This document shows positions 1 to 15,308 of a stretch of DNA of 64,000 nucleotides, one piece after another. This stretch comes from the human T2T-CHM13v2.0 reference genome, Homo sapiens: assembly GCF_009914755.1 (NCBI RefSeq), contig NC_060934.1; one strand, written 5' to 3'. A program made the position numbers and the translations under genes. The notes under the pieces were generated by a model, which made no database searches, was not told the origin of the DNA, and was given only the letters and a program-made list of their open reading frames with translations. Positions within the stretch are counted from its first letter, which is position 1. The number at the start of each line of letters is the position of its first letter.

Positions 1-2139
1 TCATAGAGGAGGGACATTCCCACCCCTCCCTCAAGGCTCCCTGGTGGAGCCTGGGGACTTTGGTGTCACATGGTGAGAGTAAGCAGAATCCTTCTCACCA
101 GTATTGGGGGGGCTCAGTTCTTAAGACGCTTGTGGTGAGCAAGGGATTGGCCAGTTGTTCACCTGGTCCTTTGAGTCTCGGCGGTCAGTGGTGACGACCC
201 CCAGCAGCTGGGGCAGGGGCACCCAGCCTCCCAGTCTCTTGGGGCCGCTGGACCACAGCAGGGTCACAAACTGGTGGTTTGGGGGACCAGGTAGAGCCTG
301 CAAGTGTATTCTGTTTGGGCTACACAGTGAGAGTCATTACTTGGGGGTTGAAAGCCTTGGAGAGACTTGGATAGCCTTTCCAGTTTGCAGCAGAGCCTGT
401 CATTTCCTACTGCTTTGTTTTTGCAGGCTACTTCAGGTGTGGACAATATTAGACTTGCCCCAGATCCTGTTTTATTTGACAAACCTGGGCAACACCTCAG
501 GGAGATTCAGGGCTTGGGGACTGTGCAGAAGCCCTCATCTCGCTGTGATCCTCACTTCTTGGGTGTAAAAAGAGAACACTCACAGCATTTCCCTGACCTA
601 GGCTCCTTAGAGCTATGATTTGCACACATTTCTAAATAATTTGCAGGAGCAACCCACTCCACCATTCATTCTACATTTACTCATAATTATTTATTAAACA
701 CCTTGTCTTCCTAGGTGCCAAGGTACAAGGGTGAATGAGGAAGATAAGGCCCCAGCCCACAGGATTTTACAATCTAGTCCTGGAGGCAGACCAGGAGAAA
801 ATGAAAAGCTCACGTCTAGTGAGGAGCACTGTGCAGGAGCTGGTGCCCCGTGAAATGGGACATGTGGGACACACCAGGAAGGCGGTGAGGGGTGCCTGTC
901 AGAGGACTGGGAGCTGCAGGGCAGAAGGGCATAGATGCATGCTATCTCATCTCATCTTCATGCATTGCAGCCAGTGAAACTGATGCTCAGAGATGCTGAG
1001 TGCCAAGTCCAAGCTGAGAGGGCCTGGATTCAGGGAGTCTATCTCCCCAACTGACACCATATTGCCGCAAAGAGCTCCAAGTCCTGGTCAGGAATTCCAA
1101 CAGTGCTGAGCCTCCAGGTGGGACTCTTAGCTCCAGGGTCCTTTCCTTGGCTCTGAGACATGACCCTCCCTCTTCCTCCCCTGTCCCTCTCTCACCTGTG
1201 CTCCCACTGCCCTCACACAGGCCACCTGAATAAGACATGGCCTAGTGGGGGGTGAGGAGTGGGGTGGTACTTTGTGTTTGCTTCCCTGTGGACAGTCCGA
1301 TCACCAACATGGGGGACCCTGCCTGACTCCTGCTGCAGTGCCAGTGCCAGGCCCAGCCCACTGCAGTGGCAGAGGGGCCATGGACCAGTAGAGGGGCCCA
1401 GCTCCCTCAGTAGGGTCCTGGGTGTGGGGAGGTGGCATCCTTTCCACAGGGGGCATAAGAACTTGCCCCGCCTCTTCCCATAAGCTGCCCAAGGAAGGCT
1501 GCTCATCCCACCTGAGTTGCAGGGGAAGAGGATTCAGGGAGAGGAGGTTCTGCACCACAGCACTAACCGACCATGTCTGTACGCTCTCTGACTCCCCAAT
1601 GCATCTGTGAGGGCCTCAAGATCAGAAATCACGTCCTGTTTATGTCTCCCTGCCTGTTCTGCCTAGTGAGGCTTGGCCCCATGGGGGTGCTCCATAAGGC
1701 AGATCGAATGAATGAATGAAGAATGAATGAATGACAAACTGAAAGGAGGCCTCCACATCACTACAAAGCACCTTGCCAAGGGCAGGCTAATGGTCATTGC
1801 AGGCAGCGCTGCTGTGGCTGATCTCAGCAGGGGCGTCTCCAGCCCTGTGCCGTGCCACATGCCAGGGGACAGCAGGCATGAGAGCTGGGCACGGGTGAGC
1901 AAGCAGAGAAGGACAGAGATGCCAAGAGACAGAGTGGGTAGTGTGCTGGGAGCAGGGGGCTGCTGCCTGGTCCCCTTGGGGAGGGGGGGCCCTTTTGAGA
2001 CAGGGCCTGGGCAGGGCACACGAGGCCTGGAAGTCAGCAGGCCCAGTGGAGGCCTTGCCAAGATGGGCAGACTCATAGCAGCCACACCAGCCAGGAGCAC
2101 CCAGCGTGGCTAAGATGCAGCTTTTGGAACAGAACAGAC

Positions 2140-2330
2140 TGCGGCTCATGTCCCAGCTTTGCATATCTCTAGCTGAGGAACTCGTGGAACCCTGTGTGAC
2201 CTCTCCAAGCCTCAGTTTCTGTGTCTGTAAAATGTCAATGAGCATACCCAATCCCGTTGGAAGATGAAAATGTGTAGAGTGCAATGCGTGCATTCCCCTA
2301 GCTGGGTGCCTGGCCCAGCCAGTAAGTGGT
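2140..2330 (+). mobile_element. MIR
   Basis: ctgtgtgacctctccaagcctcagtttctgtgtctgtaaaatg core. Confidence 0.6.
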
Positions 2331-2444
2331 GAAGATGGCCTTGCAGAGCATGCTTGTCACCCAGCCACCCACCATGGCCAGGCTGGAGCCCTGGGCTGCC
2401 CACCCCCTTCACAGATATCACAACCTGGAGTGGTGGCCTCTTTC

Positions 2445-2900
2445 CTTCCCTCCCTCCCTTAACACATACACCATATACTCAACATGTATTCATTAAGTGG
2501 TTACTATGCCTTGGCACTGGAGATACAGAAGTGAATAATAAGCAAAAGCCCCAGCCTGCAATCTGCTTGCATTCTTCTTAGAGAGACAGACAAAAAATAC
2601 AGAAGCATCAAACCGCGTATGTGAGGCGCCACTCTAAGGAAGAAAAACAAAATGCTAAACTAGCAGGGAAGGGCGAGGCAGCACTGGGGAGAGAAAATGT
2701 GATAAGGTGGTCAGGGACGGCCTCCCCAATAGGTGGCATCTGGGAGCTGGAGAAATGAGGGTGTGGCCATGTGGGAGTCCTGGGAGAAGATTCCAGGCGC
2801 CGGAGTGAGCAGTGCCATTCCTGGGGCAGGGGCCATTCTGAGAAGCAGCAGGGAGGCGCTTGCAATTCGGGGCAGTAATGGAGAGTGGCAGGAACTGGGT
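2445..2900 (-). mobile_element. L2 3' fragment
   Basis: ctcaacatgtattcattaagtggttactatgccttggcactggagatacagaagtgaataa...gattccaggcgccggag. Confidence 0.65.
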
Positions 2901-4588
2901 CAGAGAGGAAATGGGGGGAAACAGAAGGCCACTCACCCAGGTGGTCTCTGGTGCAGACATGGAGAAGGGCAGGCACAAGTGGGAAGCGGGAGCAGAAAAT
3001 GCTGCCGGCCACACCAGGTGATCCTGGCCTCGCTCTATCTCACATCCTGAGAAGGTGGCTCCTGGCTTTGCCCAACAAGGCAAAAGTGCCCCCATCCACC
3101 CCACCTCAGCTTACCCTGGCCCCCTCCCTGGCCATTCCTCTGGTCCCAGGGGCCCTCGCACCCCACACAAGTGAGAGCCATCCCGAGTCAGGGCACAGTG
3201 CTGTTGACATTCACTGAACTGGGAGGGCCTCTTTTAACCTCCTCTCCCCTTGTAGCTGGAGGTCATGCCCCTGGCAGAGCCCCAACCATGCCTCTTCCCA
3301 GAGCAGCAGCACTCTCTGCCGGGGAGAAATTCTCCTGGCCGACTCCAGGCAGAGCCCAGGGCCGTGCGTGGGGATCACTGTGAAAAATAACACAGTTGGT
3401 GAGCTTCGCCATTTCCTGTACAACACATAATTAGGTTAGATAAGAAACTAGCTGTGTCTAAGTGCTATAAATGTCTATATTAAGCTATTTTGAAAGTGCC
3501 GAGCACTTTGACATTTGAGAGTTCAGAGTAATTGAGGTATTGAAATAAAATTGCTTCTGTTATTTAAAAGGTCATTATCGTCTTCAGCTAGATATATGAG
3601 GACTATTTTCCACTCTAGTGAGCCGTTCTCTCAGGCACAATTAGCATCGCTTGAGCAGAGATCTGCTGGGGAGGCTCCCACCCGGCAGCCCCCGCCAGAG
3701 GCCCCAGGCAGCCATTAAGACCCAGGGAGCACAGGGAAGCAGAGGAAAGCCTCCGACACCCAGAATCCCGGCTGCCTAGGGAGAGCCACCACTGCCCAGC
3801 CCACACTGGCTGTGGACTGGTCCCTGCGCAGGGGCTTACTGTGCAGTTCTGCCTCATCCTCAGAAAAGTCTTCAAGGATGCCACCATTGTCAGAGCATTG
3901 TGGGTGAGGAAACTGAGGCCCCAGGTTGGCCACATGCAGTGAAGCAGCAGAGGGTGCAGCCAGCAGGCCCAGGAAGGGAGATCTGCACTGAAGGCCATGC
4001 CCTGAGCACGGAGCAGGCCCAGACAGGGGCCTGACATGTGCTGGTCACTTTCACCAGACCCCTGAGCCCTTCCCCGCTCAGGGCTCACATAGCATTGCTT
4101 CAAGGATCCAAATCAGGTACAAACCTCAAACACCTACTAGGATGTTCTACTATAAAAACCAAATATTGCAGCTTTTCTCATTCAAGCCACTTCAATCCCA
4201 CCTTATCATTGAGTTAGATAAATAGAATGGTCTTAATTACAAATTAGATACCTAATTTAGTGACTAATTTAGTAACTAAATTTTATCCTTGGTTATCATT
4301 AATTTAATATATCACAATTTCTAAATGTCCCTCAAAGAGAACACTGACTTCCAAAGACATCTTCATTGCCACAGTGTGGGACCTCGTGCTCCTGAAAGGC
4401 GAGGAATGGCAATGACAGCAGCCCGGGCACATGAGGGGTTTTCACAAAGCTCGTAGAAAATGCTTATGATGAAAAAACTATGATGCATTTCAAATTTTTT
4501 GCATCATAATAAAGTCATAATAACTCATTATAACATTTTTGAACAGCATCTAGTTTGAGACACTAAGAAGGATCAGACATCAGTTTGA

Positions 4589-6046
<1,458 letters not shown>

Positions 6047-6068
6047 GAAAAATCCCTTTGAGAACAAC

Positions 6069-7104
6069 ATGAATTTTGCTAAAATTGAAGTAAGAACAAA
6101 CATCAAATTTATTGTGAGGTTTGGGTAAAAGAATGGTGATATTATCAATGCTTTAACAAAAATTTATGAGGACAGTGTCCCAAGGAAATCAGCAGTTAAC
6201 AAATGAATAACTCGTGTTGAGAAGGGATGAAACGATGTTGAGGATGAAGCCTGCAGCAGGAGACCATCCACGTCAGTTTGTGAGGAAAAAAATTCATCTC
6301 ATTTGGGCCCTCGTTGAAGAGGACCAATGATTAACAGCAGAAACAAGAGCCAACATCATAGACATCTCCACTGGCTCAGCTAATACAACTCTGAGAAAAA
6401 TTAAAATTGAGCACACTCCACTCCATGGTGTCAAAACCATTGTGATCAGCAGACAAGAACAGAGTTTTCAATGAACATTTTAAACAAGTGCGATCAAGAT
6501 CCTGAAGCATTTCTTTGAAGAATCGTAACAGGATATGAAACATGACCTTACCAGTATGATCCTGAAGACAAAGCATGATCAAAACAACACCTACCAAGAG
6601 GTGGAAGTGGACCAGTCACAGCAACAGTGGACGGGTCAAGAGGAAAGGTCATGGCAACTGTTCTGCGGGTTGCTCAAGGCATTTTGCTTGTTGACTTTCT
6701 AGAGGGCCAAAGAACAATAACATCTGCTGATTATGAGAGTGTTGAGAAAGTTAGACAAAACTTTGGCAGAAAAACACCCGGGAAAGCTTCCCAGAGAGTC
6801 CTTTGCCACCATGGCAGGGCTCCTGCTCATTCCTCTCATCAAACAAGAGCAATTTTCTGACAGCTTTGATGGAAATCATTAGGCATCCACCTTACAGCCA
6901 CGATTGGGCTCCTTCTGACTTCTTTTTCTTTCCTAATCTTAAAACATATGTAAAGAGCATCCATTTTTCTTCATTTAATAAGGTAAAAGACTGCACTGAC
7001 ATGGTTAAGCTCTTGGGATCTTCAGTTCTTTAGGCTGACTAAATGGCTGGTATCACCATTTACAAAAGTGTCTTGATGTTGATGGAGTTTATGTTGAAAA
7101 ATAA
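6069..7104 (+). pseudogene. Dead HSMAR2 transposase
   Basis: ATG AAT TTT GCT AAA ATT GAA start. Remnants in ORFs 6627..6860 (KVMATV..AQGILLVDFLEGQRTITS; HHGRAPAH for HHDNAPAH) and 6803..7033 (HPPYSHDWAPSDFFFFPNLK for YSPDLAPSD). TGDETW is degraded to TGYET*. Multiple stops and frameshifts. Confidence 0.9.
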
Positions 7105-7105
7105 A

Positions 7106-7110
<5 letters not shown>

Positions 7111-7138
<28 letters not shown>
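7111..7138. repeat. (TA)14 microsatellite inside the HSMAR2 3' region
   Basis: Direct read. Confidence 0.95.
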
Positions 7139-7141
<3 letters not shown>

Positions 7142-7229
7142 TCAATTTTCTCATAAACTTTTTGAAGTCCCCTTGCATTTATAGGGCACTGGGTCTATGA
7201 GAGGCCATGTGCTGTTTATGATGAAATGA

Positions 7230-8290
7230 CTCTTAGGAAACATGCACCCTTTGAAAGCAGGGACTCAAACAGGTCCTTACACACCCATGTTCATAACCTC
7301 ACTATTCACAACAGCCAAAAGCAGAAACAACCCAAATGTCCATCCACAAATAAATGGATGCGCAAAATGTGGTTGTACATCCAATGGAATATTATTCAGC
7401 CTTATACAGGAAGGAAATTCTGACGCATGCTACAACATGGATGAACCTGGAGGACATTATTCTAACTGAAATAATAAGCCAGGCACAAAAAGATAAATCC
7501 CATATTGATTTCGCTACAATGAGGCACTTAGAATAGGCAAATGTATAGAAATAAAACCATTCTATTGTAAAGATACATACACGTGTATGTTCATTGCAGC
7601 ACTATTCACAATAGCAAAGACATGGAATCAACCCAAATGCCCATCAATGATAAACTAGATAAAGAAAATGTGGCACATATACGCCATGGAATACTATGCA
7701 GCCATGAAAAGGAATGAGACCATGTCTTTTGCAGGGATATGGATGAAGCTGGAAGCCATTATCCTCAGCAAACTAACACAGGAACAGAAAACCAAACACC
7801 ACATGTTCTCACTCATAAGTGGGAGTTGAACAATGAGAACACATGGACACAGGGAAGAGAACACACAACGAGGCCTGTCAGTGGGGCACGGGAGGGAGAG
7901 CATCAGGATAAATAGCTAATGCATGCGGGGCCTAATACCTAGGTGACGGGTTGACAGGTGCAGCAAAGCACCATGGCACATGTTTACCTGTATAACGAAC
8001 CTGCACATCCTGCACATGTATCCCAGAACTTAAAATAAAATATTTTTTTTAAAAAAAGAAACAGAAAGCAGAGTGGTGGTTCCTAGAAGCTGGTGAGTAG
8101 AGGGGGATGAGGAGTTATTAATGGGGACAGTTTCAGTTTGGGATGATGGAGAAATTCTGGGATGGATGGCAGAGGTGGTTGAACAGCAATGTGATGCATT
8201 TAATGCCACTGAACTGTACACTTGAAAACAGTTAAAATGGTAAATGTTATGTAAGTTTTACCACAATCAAACAAACAAAAAATAAAAACA
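7230..8290 (+). mobile_element. L1MB-like 3' end fragment, split by a younger L1PA 3' end
   Basis: ttgaaagcagggactcaaacag...ggcaaatgtatagaaa | agaaacagaaagcagagtggtggtt...ttttaccacaat; continuous across the insert. Confidence 0.8.
7551..8057 (+). mobile_element. Older L1PA (roughly L1PA8-13) 3' end with 3' UTR and A-tail
   Basis: End of ORF2 (...ggaacagaaaaccaaacaccacatgttctcactcataagtgggagttga), 3' UTR ...aacctgcacatcctgcacatgtatcccagaacttaaaataaaa. Confidence 0.88.
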
Positions 8291-8925
8291 GGGAAACATG
8301 TATCCTAGTGGGGGCAACCCGGCAGGGGCACATGCAGTGTACTGGAGCGCTCAGAGGGTGGATGCAAGGTCATCTGTTCTGCATGGGTCTGACTTGGCCT
8401 TGTGCATGTTTAAAAGCTCCACTTCTCTCTGTTTCGAGATGTCAGTGTGTGAGCTGCAGAGTCACACAGTTACTCAGAAGAAAACACAGAGCCTGTCTGA
8501 ACATCACAGATTGCAGGGCAGACAGTGATGTGGTGTCACTGGAGGATGAAAGGCAACTTGATATGGAGGAAGAGCATGAGGGGGTAAGCCTGTCTGGGTA
8601 TAAGGAGGCAGCAGGAGATGCCCCTGCCTTCGTTAAATAGCTAGGAAGTCCTAGAATGGGCTGAAATTAGACCAACTCCTGGTCCTTCCTCGGAGAGAGT
8701 ACTTAAAATATGTATGTGTTGAATTCAGGGGAAAAATACAATATACCAGGAACACACTTTGCAAACTATAAGCAGCTTACAAACATAAGTGGCTCTCACA
8801 ACCTTGCTCCAGAGCTGGGATGAAATAAAATTTTGTCTTTTGCTTTTTAAAAATCAGTTCAAGCCTGTACACAGTAGCCTGAAACTATCTAGATACTGAG
8901 GCCAGGCTTCTTCTTAGGAAGTTGA

Positions 8926-9324
<399 letters not shown>

Positions 9325-10798
9325 TGAACTGAGTGTGTGGGACTAGCCCTGAGCTGGCTCCCTGGTCCACACTGGTCCAGTGTTTCTCTGTACAAATGTG
9401 CCAGCTCTTTCTTGTTTTACAGAGAAGGAGCCTCTGCAGGGCCCCAAGGTGTGAACACTCAGAATTCCCATCAAGGCCACCCTGGCCCCACCACAGCAGA
9501 GGGTGCTGCCAGCCACCTCAGCCATGTCCCCACCCCCAGACAAGCGTGTTATTTCAGGCTGGTCTTTGATGGAAACTGGCAGAGGGGGCTGCCAACAGGA
9601 TAAACACAGCAGTGCTTTTTTTTTTTTTTTTCTGAGTTGTGGAAGCTCTGGACAATGTTGTGGTTTGGGGTAGAGAATTTGGATGCCTTTAGTTAGAAAC
9701 AAAATCTATAGGGAAAAAAAAGGAAATCCCTGCCTTGCGGGTTGTGGTTTTTGTTTTGTTTTTGTTTTTCTTTCTGTTTTTGTTTTTTAATTTTCAAAGC
9801 ACCTTCCCAGTCCTTCTCCGCAGTTGGTTGTATTTCTAAGTATTGAGAAGCAGTGTGAGGTAGTAGCTCTGTGACAGGTGGCAGGGATAGTGTGGTGACC
9901 CAGCTGACAGGGCCTGCCCTCACTGTCCCCAGGAGAGAAGAAAGCCATCCTTTAATGACCTTGTTCCCCAAGGAAGAACAGTCTAAGGAAGGAAGACCCT
10001 GCCAGACAAGCCCTGCTAGAAGCTGGGGACTGATCGCCAGTGTCAGGGAAGGTCCCCGGCAATGACGGGAGCTGAAGCTTGTGGAACGGCCTCTGTGCCG
10101 GGCACAGTGCTCCATGTGTTCACACAGGTCATATGACATTAGCCGAGGGTTTTATCTCCAGGCCACACCGAGAGCAAGCTGATGAGGGAGACAGCCCTGG
10201 GCTCTCTAACTCCCAGCATGACTACTCCCAGCTCCAGGACTGTGGGACAGCTTGGCCCTGGGGCGCAGCCCCCCATGTCCCTGCAGCATCCTCACCCGCC
10301 CCTGCCCTCTGCCCTGGAGACGAATTTGTTCCAGATGGGAAGGTGACTGTAAACAGTCCTGTTGGCCCTAGCCACTTTTCAAATGAGGACGCTGCAGGTC
10401 AGAGAGCTCAAGTGGCTTCTCAAAGACACAGAGCCATGGAAAAGGAGACTCGAGTTTTGGACCAGAGCTTCTGACCCTAAACCCAATGCTCACCCTACAG
10501 TAAGAAAAGCCATAGCTGAAGCAAGAGAAAGCAAATGGCGTGGCGTGTGAGGGGAAACAACTCCAGACACCAAGCCCCTGCTGGGAAATCCAGTCCTGAG
10601 TCTGGTGCCAAAGCTAGACAGCACAGCTTGGAATGCTCTGTTAGTTTACAGCCTGCATGTGACACATATTATCGTTTTACTTGCAAATAGAATAACGAGA
10701 CAGGGAGAGAGGGAGGGGCAGAGAATGAAATAAAAACAGAGAGAGATTTGGAGCAAGGTTGGATTAGGAAGAGAATGTGCAAGAATGCAGAGGAGATG

Positions 10799-10834
10799 AA
10801 AACAAAACAAAACAAAACAAAACAAAACAAAAAA
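10799..10834. repeat. (CAAAA)n pentanucleotide repeat
   Basis: Direct read. Confidence 0.9.
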
Positions 10835-11949
10835 CAGCAGCAACAACAAAAAACCCAGCTGAGCTATGACGGAGCTATGATGGAGGGCAGGTGCACGTGA
10901 AGGACAGGTGAAGCCAAGGCTCTCTGCAGGTTTTCAGGAATTGCCCCCAGATGGTGGTGTCAGCCTCAAGTAGCGTGGTTGCTGTCCAGATTGAGATAAG
11001 ACAGGAGAAGCCTCCAGGGTTGAGGGGTCAAGAAAACAGTGTCTCTGCATACCCATGTCTGTTAACTCAAGAAGTTCCAAACCCTGGGTGAATAACCTCA
11101 CTGACATCTCTTCCAGCCAGTCACGTTCTGTCAATGGTCAGGTGGAAATAAACAGGTGATTGTACATTAGCAACTGTCTCCATCTTTACTGAGATATCTG
11201 GAATCAACCATGGGGACAATAATTTTCATATAGATTCCCAATCTGTCCAAGAGAAACAAATAGAAGCTAGAAGTAACTGGGCCTTCCAGACCCCTTCACT
11301 GGGGATGAGAGTGTGAAGAATGCCTGGATTTAGAGAGGACTTAAGGCACAGAACCTTTCTCTGCAATTAATCTTTTTGTTCTTTTGGCTACACCGTAGGC
11401 ATACCAGAGTATCCTTTTCACTGTAGCATGTATTCTAACTTCTAAATGGCCTCAGTTTCCTCATCCTGGAACAAGACTACCTTGTGAGCTGGTTTGGAGA
11501 GACAGTGTGAAGCCACCAGAGCCCTCTTCGCTTGTTCACTACTTGAAATCCCTTCAGCCCATCTCAGTTCCCAGGTAGCTTCTGGGTCCACTGTTTATTA
11601 CAGTCCCCGAGGTGGGCTGGCCACCAAGGGGCCAAATGCTCCTGCTCTCTGGGACCTGGCACTTCCCCAGAAGAGGCCTGCTTCCCCAGAAGAGTCCCAC
11701 TCCCTGACCAGGGCTGGCCCTACTGGCTGGTCTTTATGGGCCAGGAAGGTCCCCGCCCTCTGCCTCCTGGCAGATTCTTGCCCCTCCTCCAGGGCTCAAC
11801 TCAGACAGACACTTCCTCCAGAGAGTCTATCCTAACTCCTTCCTCCTTTTAGTTTCCTGGACACCTTGGGATTACTTCTCATTAGGTTCTTATACCAGAA
11901 TGTCTTTTGGTTCTGATATAACTCATACTTCCTATGACATAATAGGAAG

Positions 11950-12075
11950 AGCACAGGATTGGTACTGGGAAACTCTGAGTTTGAATCCAGCTCTGCAACT
12001 AACAGTGTGGCCTTTGGCAAGTCTCTTAGGATGACCCTGAGCCTCATTTCTCAGAGCTATCCTGTAGCAATGATG
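11950..12075 (+). mobile_element. MIR
   Basis: ctgagtttgaatccagctctgcaactaacagtgtggcctttggcaagtc...ctgagcctcatttc. Confidence 0.65.
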
Positions 12076-14283
12076 CCACCTGCCTTTCAGGGCTGCCATG
12101 CAGTCCCTGGCACCATGTCTGGCAAGCAGAAGATACTCTGGCAACAGTAACCATCATAGGATGTTTTGCCTATTGGTGTGCTTCTATGTGAACACATGAA
12201 TACCATGTGAATTCAGTGTCTGACATAGTAGGAGCTCAGCAAAGATTTATGGAACTGACGTTGACCTCTGAAATGTCCCTTGAGCAAGCTAAGCTTATCT
12301 AGGAGACAGTTCCCACTCCCAGAATGGCTGACTGTGCTTCTTTCAGCGGGAGGTGCCCAGCTGCCACCTTCCAATGAATCCTCCCATCCAGCCCTGCTGG
12401 AGAAGGCTGGGCCTCAGCTGTCCTCCAGGGTTGGGCAGGGAGGCCACAGACAAGAGCCAGGGCATGAGGAGCTATGGAAGGGGCAGAGAAAGCCTGAGTC
12501 CAGATCCTGATGCCCACCCTGCATCTCTGTTACCTAAACTCTCCTTTAAATCGTGGTCTTTTGTATAAATGGTGGGGAACGAAAGGGGAGTTTAAGTAGA
12601 CAACCTCTAGTATCTCTTTTAGTGAGGACATCCTATAGAGAGGTCATGTTCCTGGAAACCAAGTCACCATCTTCTGGCACCTGGGAAGGCCTGCACTGCT
12701 CCTGGGGGTGGAGATAAAATCTGCGACTGCACAGCGAGGGCCTCCTGAGTCCCACTCCCCGGCCAGGGCCTTTCTTTGATTGTCCTTCCATTAACGTGCC
12801 AAAGAACACCCAGAAGGCATCTTCCCAGGTATCCCTGGGGTCAGTCCTTATTATGCTCACCTGCTGCTTGCCTCCTGAGGGCTGAGGCACTTCCCATTGA
12901 ACTTGCCAGCTCTGTGCTGCCACAGGGGCTGCCATCACAGCCAGCAGCCATGTCAGTGGTGATTGGGGTTGGGAGAGCATGGGACCCCACCTGGGCTTCC
13001 TGCTCTTCCGGTTCCAGATGCTGCTGAAGACAGGGCTGGGTGGCTGGCTGCCTGTGGGGATCTCACCAGTCCCAAGGCCTGCTTGCAGCGCACCACGGGC
13101 TCTGATCATGGCCAATGCTGCCACTGCCATGGGACACGCTCATGCCCAGCACAGGCCTGCTCTTGCAACCGTGAAGCTCCACACCACGCTGGGCTGGGCT
13201 TCCAAGGTGGCAGCTCACAGCCACCGAGGCCTGGGTCAACAGCACAGAGGGGAAACTGCAGAAAGGTAGGCGGGAGCCAGGTATGAAGGGCCTTGCTACT
13301 CCTCGAGGTGCTGGGCATCCTGAGGGCAGTCGGGGCAGGATGTTGGGCAGGGGTAACTCGGCCAGTCTGCATGTCGGAGGGTGGGTTAAATGGCAGGGAA
13401 CAGGTCAGGAGTCAGAGTGGTGGTCCATGAGAGAGGTGATCAGAGCTGATGGGAAGCAGGAGCTATGTGAATGAAGACAATGGGGGAGGTGCCGGCATGC
13501 AGGGGAGATGGACAGGAGAGAGGAGGGCTCCAGCTCTGCCATCCTGGGCCAGCTAGCTGAGGTCTTCTGCTTCTTCATCTGCAAATTGGCATAGAGTAGC
13601 ACTGGCTTAATGAGATAAGACAGAAAACATACTTACCACAGTGCCAGGCACCTGGTATTTTCAATAAGTCAGCAGTGATTCCGCTGCTGCTGCCGGTGGC
13701 CCATATCTCCAATGCTAGATTTGCAGCTTTAGCCATGGGGTGAGCGGTGGAGCCCTAACCAGGATGGCTGGGTATCAAGAGATGCAGGGTGCTCTGATGC
13801 ATTCAGTATTGGGTGTGTACTTCCAGGAGTCATGAGGGAGCTGCAAGGGGGGAGCTCGTGGGTGGACATGGAGCTCAGGAGAGGGCTCCACGGGGGCTGT
13901 GGAGGTGGGGTCCTCGGGATACAGCTGAACAGTGGTTGAAAATAAGACATTCTCTGCAAGAGAACACATGCTCAGCAGCGAACCCCAGAGGGCTTGGGCA
14001 GAGCTGAGTTCAGGGGAGGGGGAGCAAAGGCAGCCAGCAGAGGGTGAGAGACAGACAGCAGGGAGCAGGCAGTGTAGACTCCAGGCTGCAGAGAGAAGGA
14101 ACCAGAGGAGAATAGTGGCTTGGGAGGGGTCTGTGCAGGTTGAGAAACACTTGTCATTTTGGAGATAGAAGGAGAAGTTGAATGTGCAAAAAAGATGAGG
14201 GGTTACATGGTAAAGGAGAACCCCAAGGAAACTAGAAATGAATCCTGATGAGGTGGAAGAATGAGGAAGCAGGAACAAGACAT

Positions 14284-14746
14284 TGTAAGAATGAAAGAGC
14301 AAAAGAACTAACACAACTAACTCCATTTTCAATTAAGGGAGCCCTTATCCATTCCTGCACGTAGGCTAGGATAATTTTAGGGCACTGAGATAAAATGCAA
14401 AAACAGCAATCATGTAGTTTTTGAAACTGACTCTGGGATTAAAGGAGAAGTATGTAAACAACTATGTTTCCTTGAAGGTTTATAGGAGCTTTGTGATCTG
14501 ACCAAGGACAAAGGAGTTTCCAACTTCCTGGACCCTCGCTGGTGCCCAGATGTTAGCAGTTGTTGGTCATGTCTTTAACATAAAAAGAGCCTAGAATTTG
14601 TACTGACTTGAGATGGTCTCTGCAACACTAGTCTGCCATCTCCTCAGGCTGCCAGCTCTTGAATAAGCCTGCTTTTCCTTCCACTAAATCTTGTCTCTCA
14701 AGTTTGGCTTCCAAGCAGTGAGCAGGAGAACCTGATTTCAGTTACA
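14284..14746 (+). mobile_element. ERV1-class solo LTR (MER4-group; MER72/LTR8-related, subfamily tentative)
   Basis: TG...CA termini (tgtaagaatg...cagttaca), perfect 4-bp TSD ACAT (14280-14283 / 14747-14750), aactccatttt and cattcctgcacgtaggct motifs. Confidence 0.75.
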
Positions 14747-15139
14747 ACATTTTAAGGAATTCCAAACTGACTATGAAATGGGCTGGGGTGCAGTCACAGG
14801 GCACTCAGAACTGGGGTACTGTGAGAACCTGGGAACCCACACATGGGCTGAGGGAGAAAAGAGATGGAGGAGACCCCACAAAGGGGAGGATTGGGTAGCC
14901 CCAATCCTTAGCTGAGCCAAAGATCAGCCCTGCAAGAGGTCAGGGTTCTTCCAGCCAGCAGGAGTGAGGGTGGGAGCAGAGAGGCTTCCTGGAGCCAGAG
15001 CTCAGTGCAAGGGGCAGTTTTAGGGTTAGAATGCCTGGGAGGTCGCCAGGCTGGCAGGTACCTTTCCATCTCCTTAGTTTGCCCAGCTTCCTCATGATGT
15101 TCTCTGGGTCCATTGTGGCCAGGACACTGGCTTAGGACC

Positions 15140-15295
15140 CTCTCTAAAGTCTCCATCTTTTGTGGACCACAGACCCCTTTTAGAAAACTGAAGAGAACAT
15201 CAGACCCTCACACACACAACACAAACGTCTGCATAAAAATTCCTGGGTGTTGTTGGCTTCCCTGAGATCCATCCACAGACCCAGGAGTCTGAGGT
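15140..15295. mobile_element. Degraded hAT-Charlie MITE (MER117-like, tentative)
   Basis: ggaccacagacccctttt...ccctgagatccatccacagacccagg resembles recalled consensus. Confidence 0.35.
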
Positions 15296-15308
15296 ACTAA
15301 GTGTACAC

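Noticed and set aside
1-4400. The many 60-170 aa GC-rich ORFs as a novel gene
   Set aside because: Overlapping ORFs on both strands with low-information composition, interspersed MIR/L2 fragments, no coherent exon chain or recognisable domain.
10941-10959. Possible CTCF sites (TTGCCCCCAGATGGTGGTG; also ~31157-31175 and ~38452-38470)
   Set aside because: Each has mismatches at informative positions; cannot be called without a PWM score or ChIP data.
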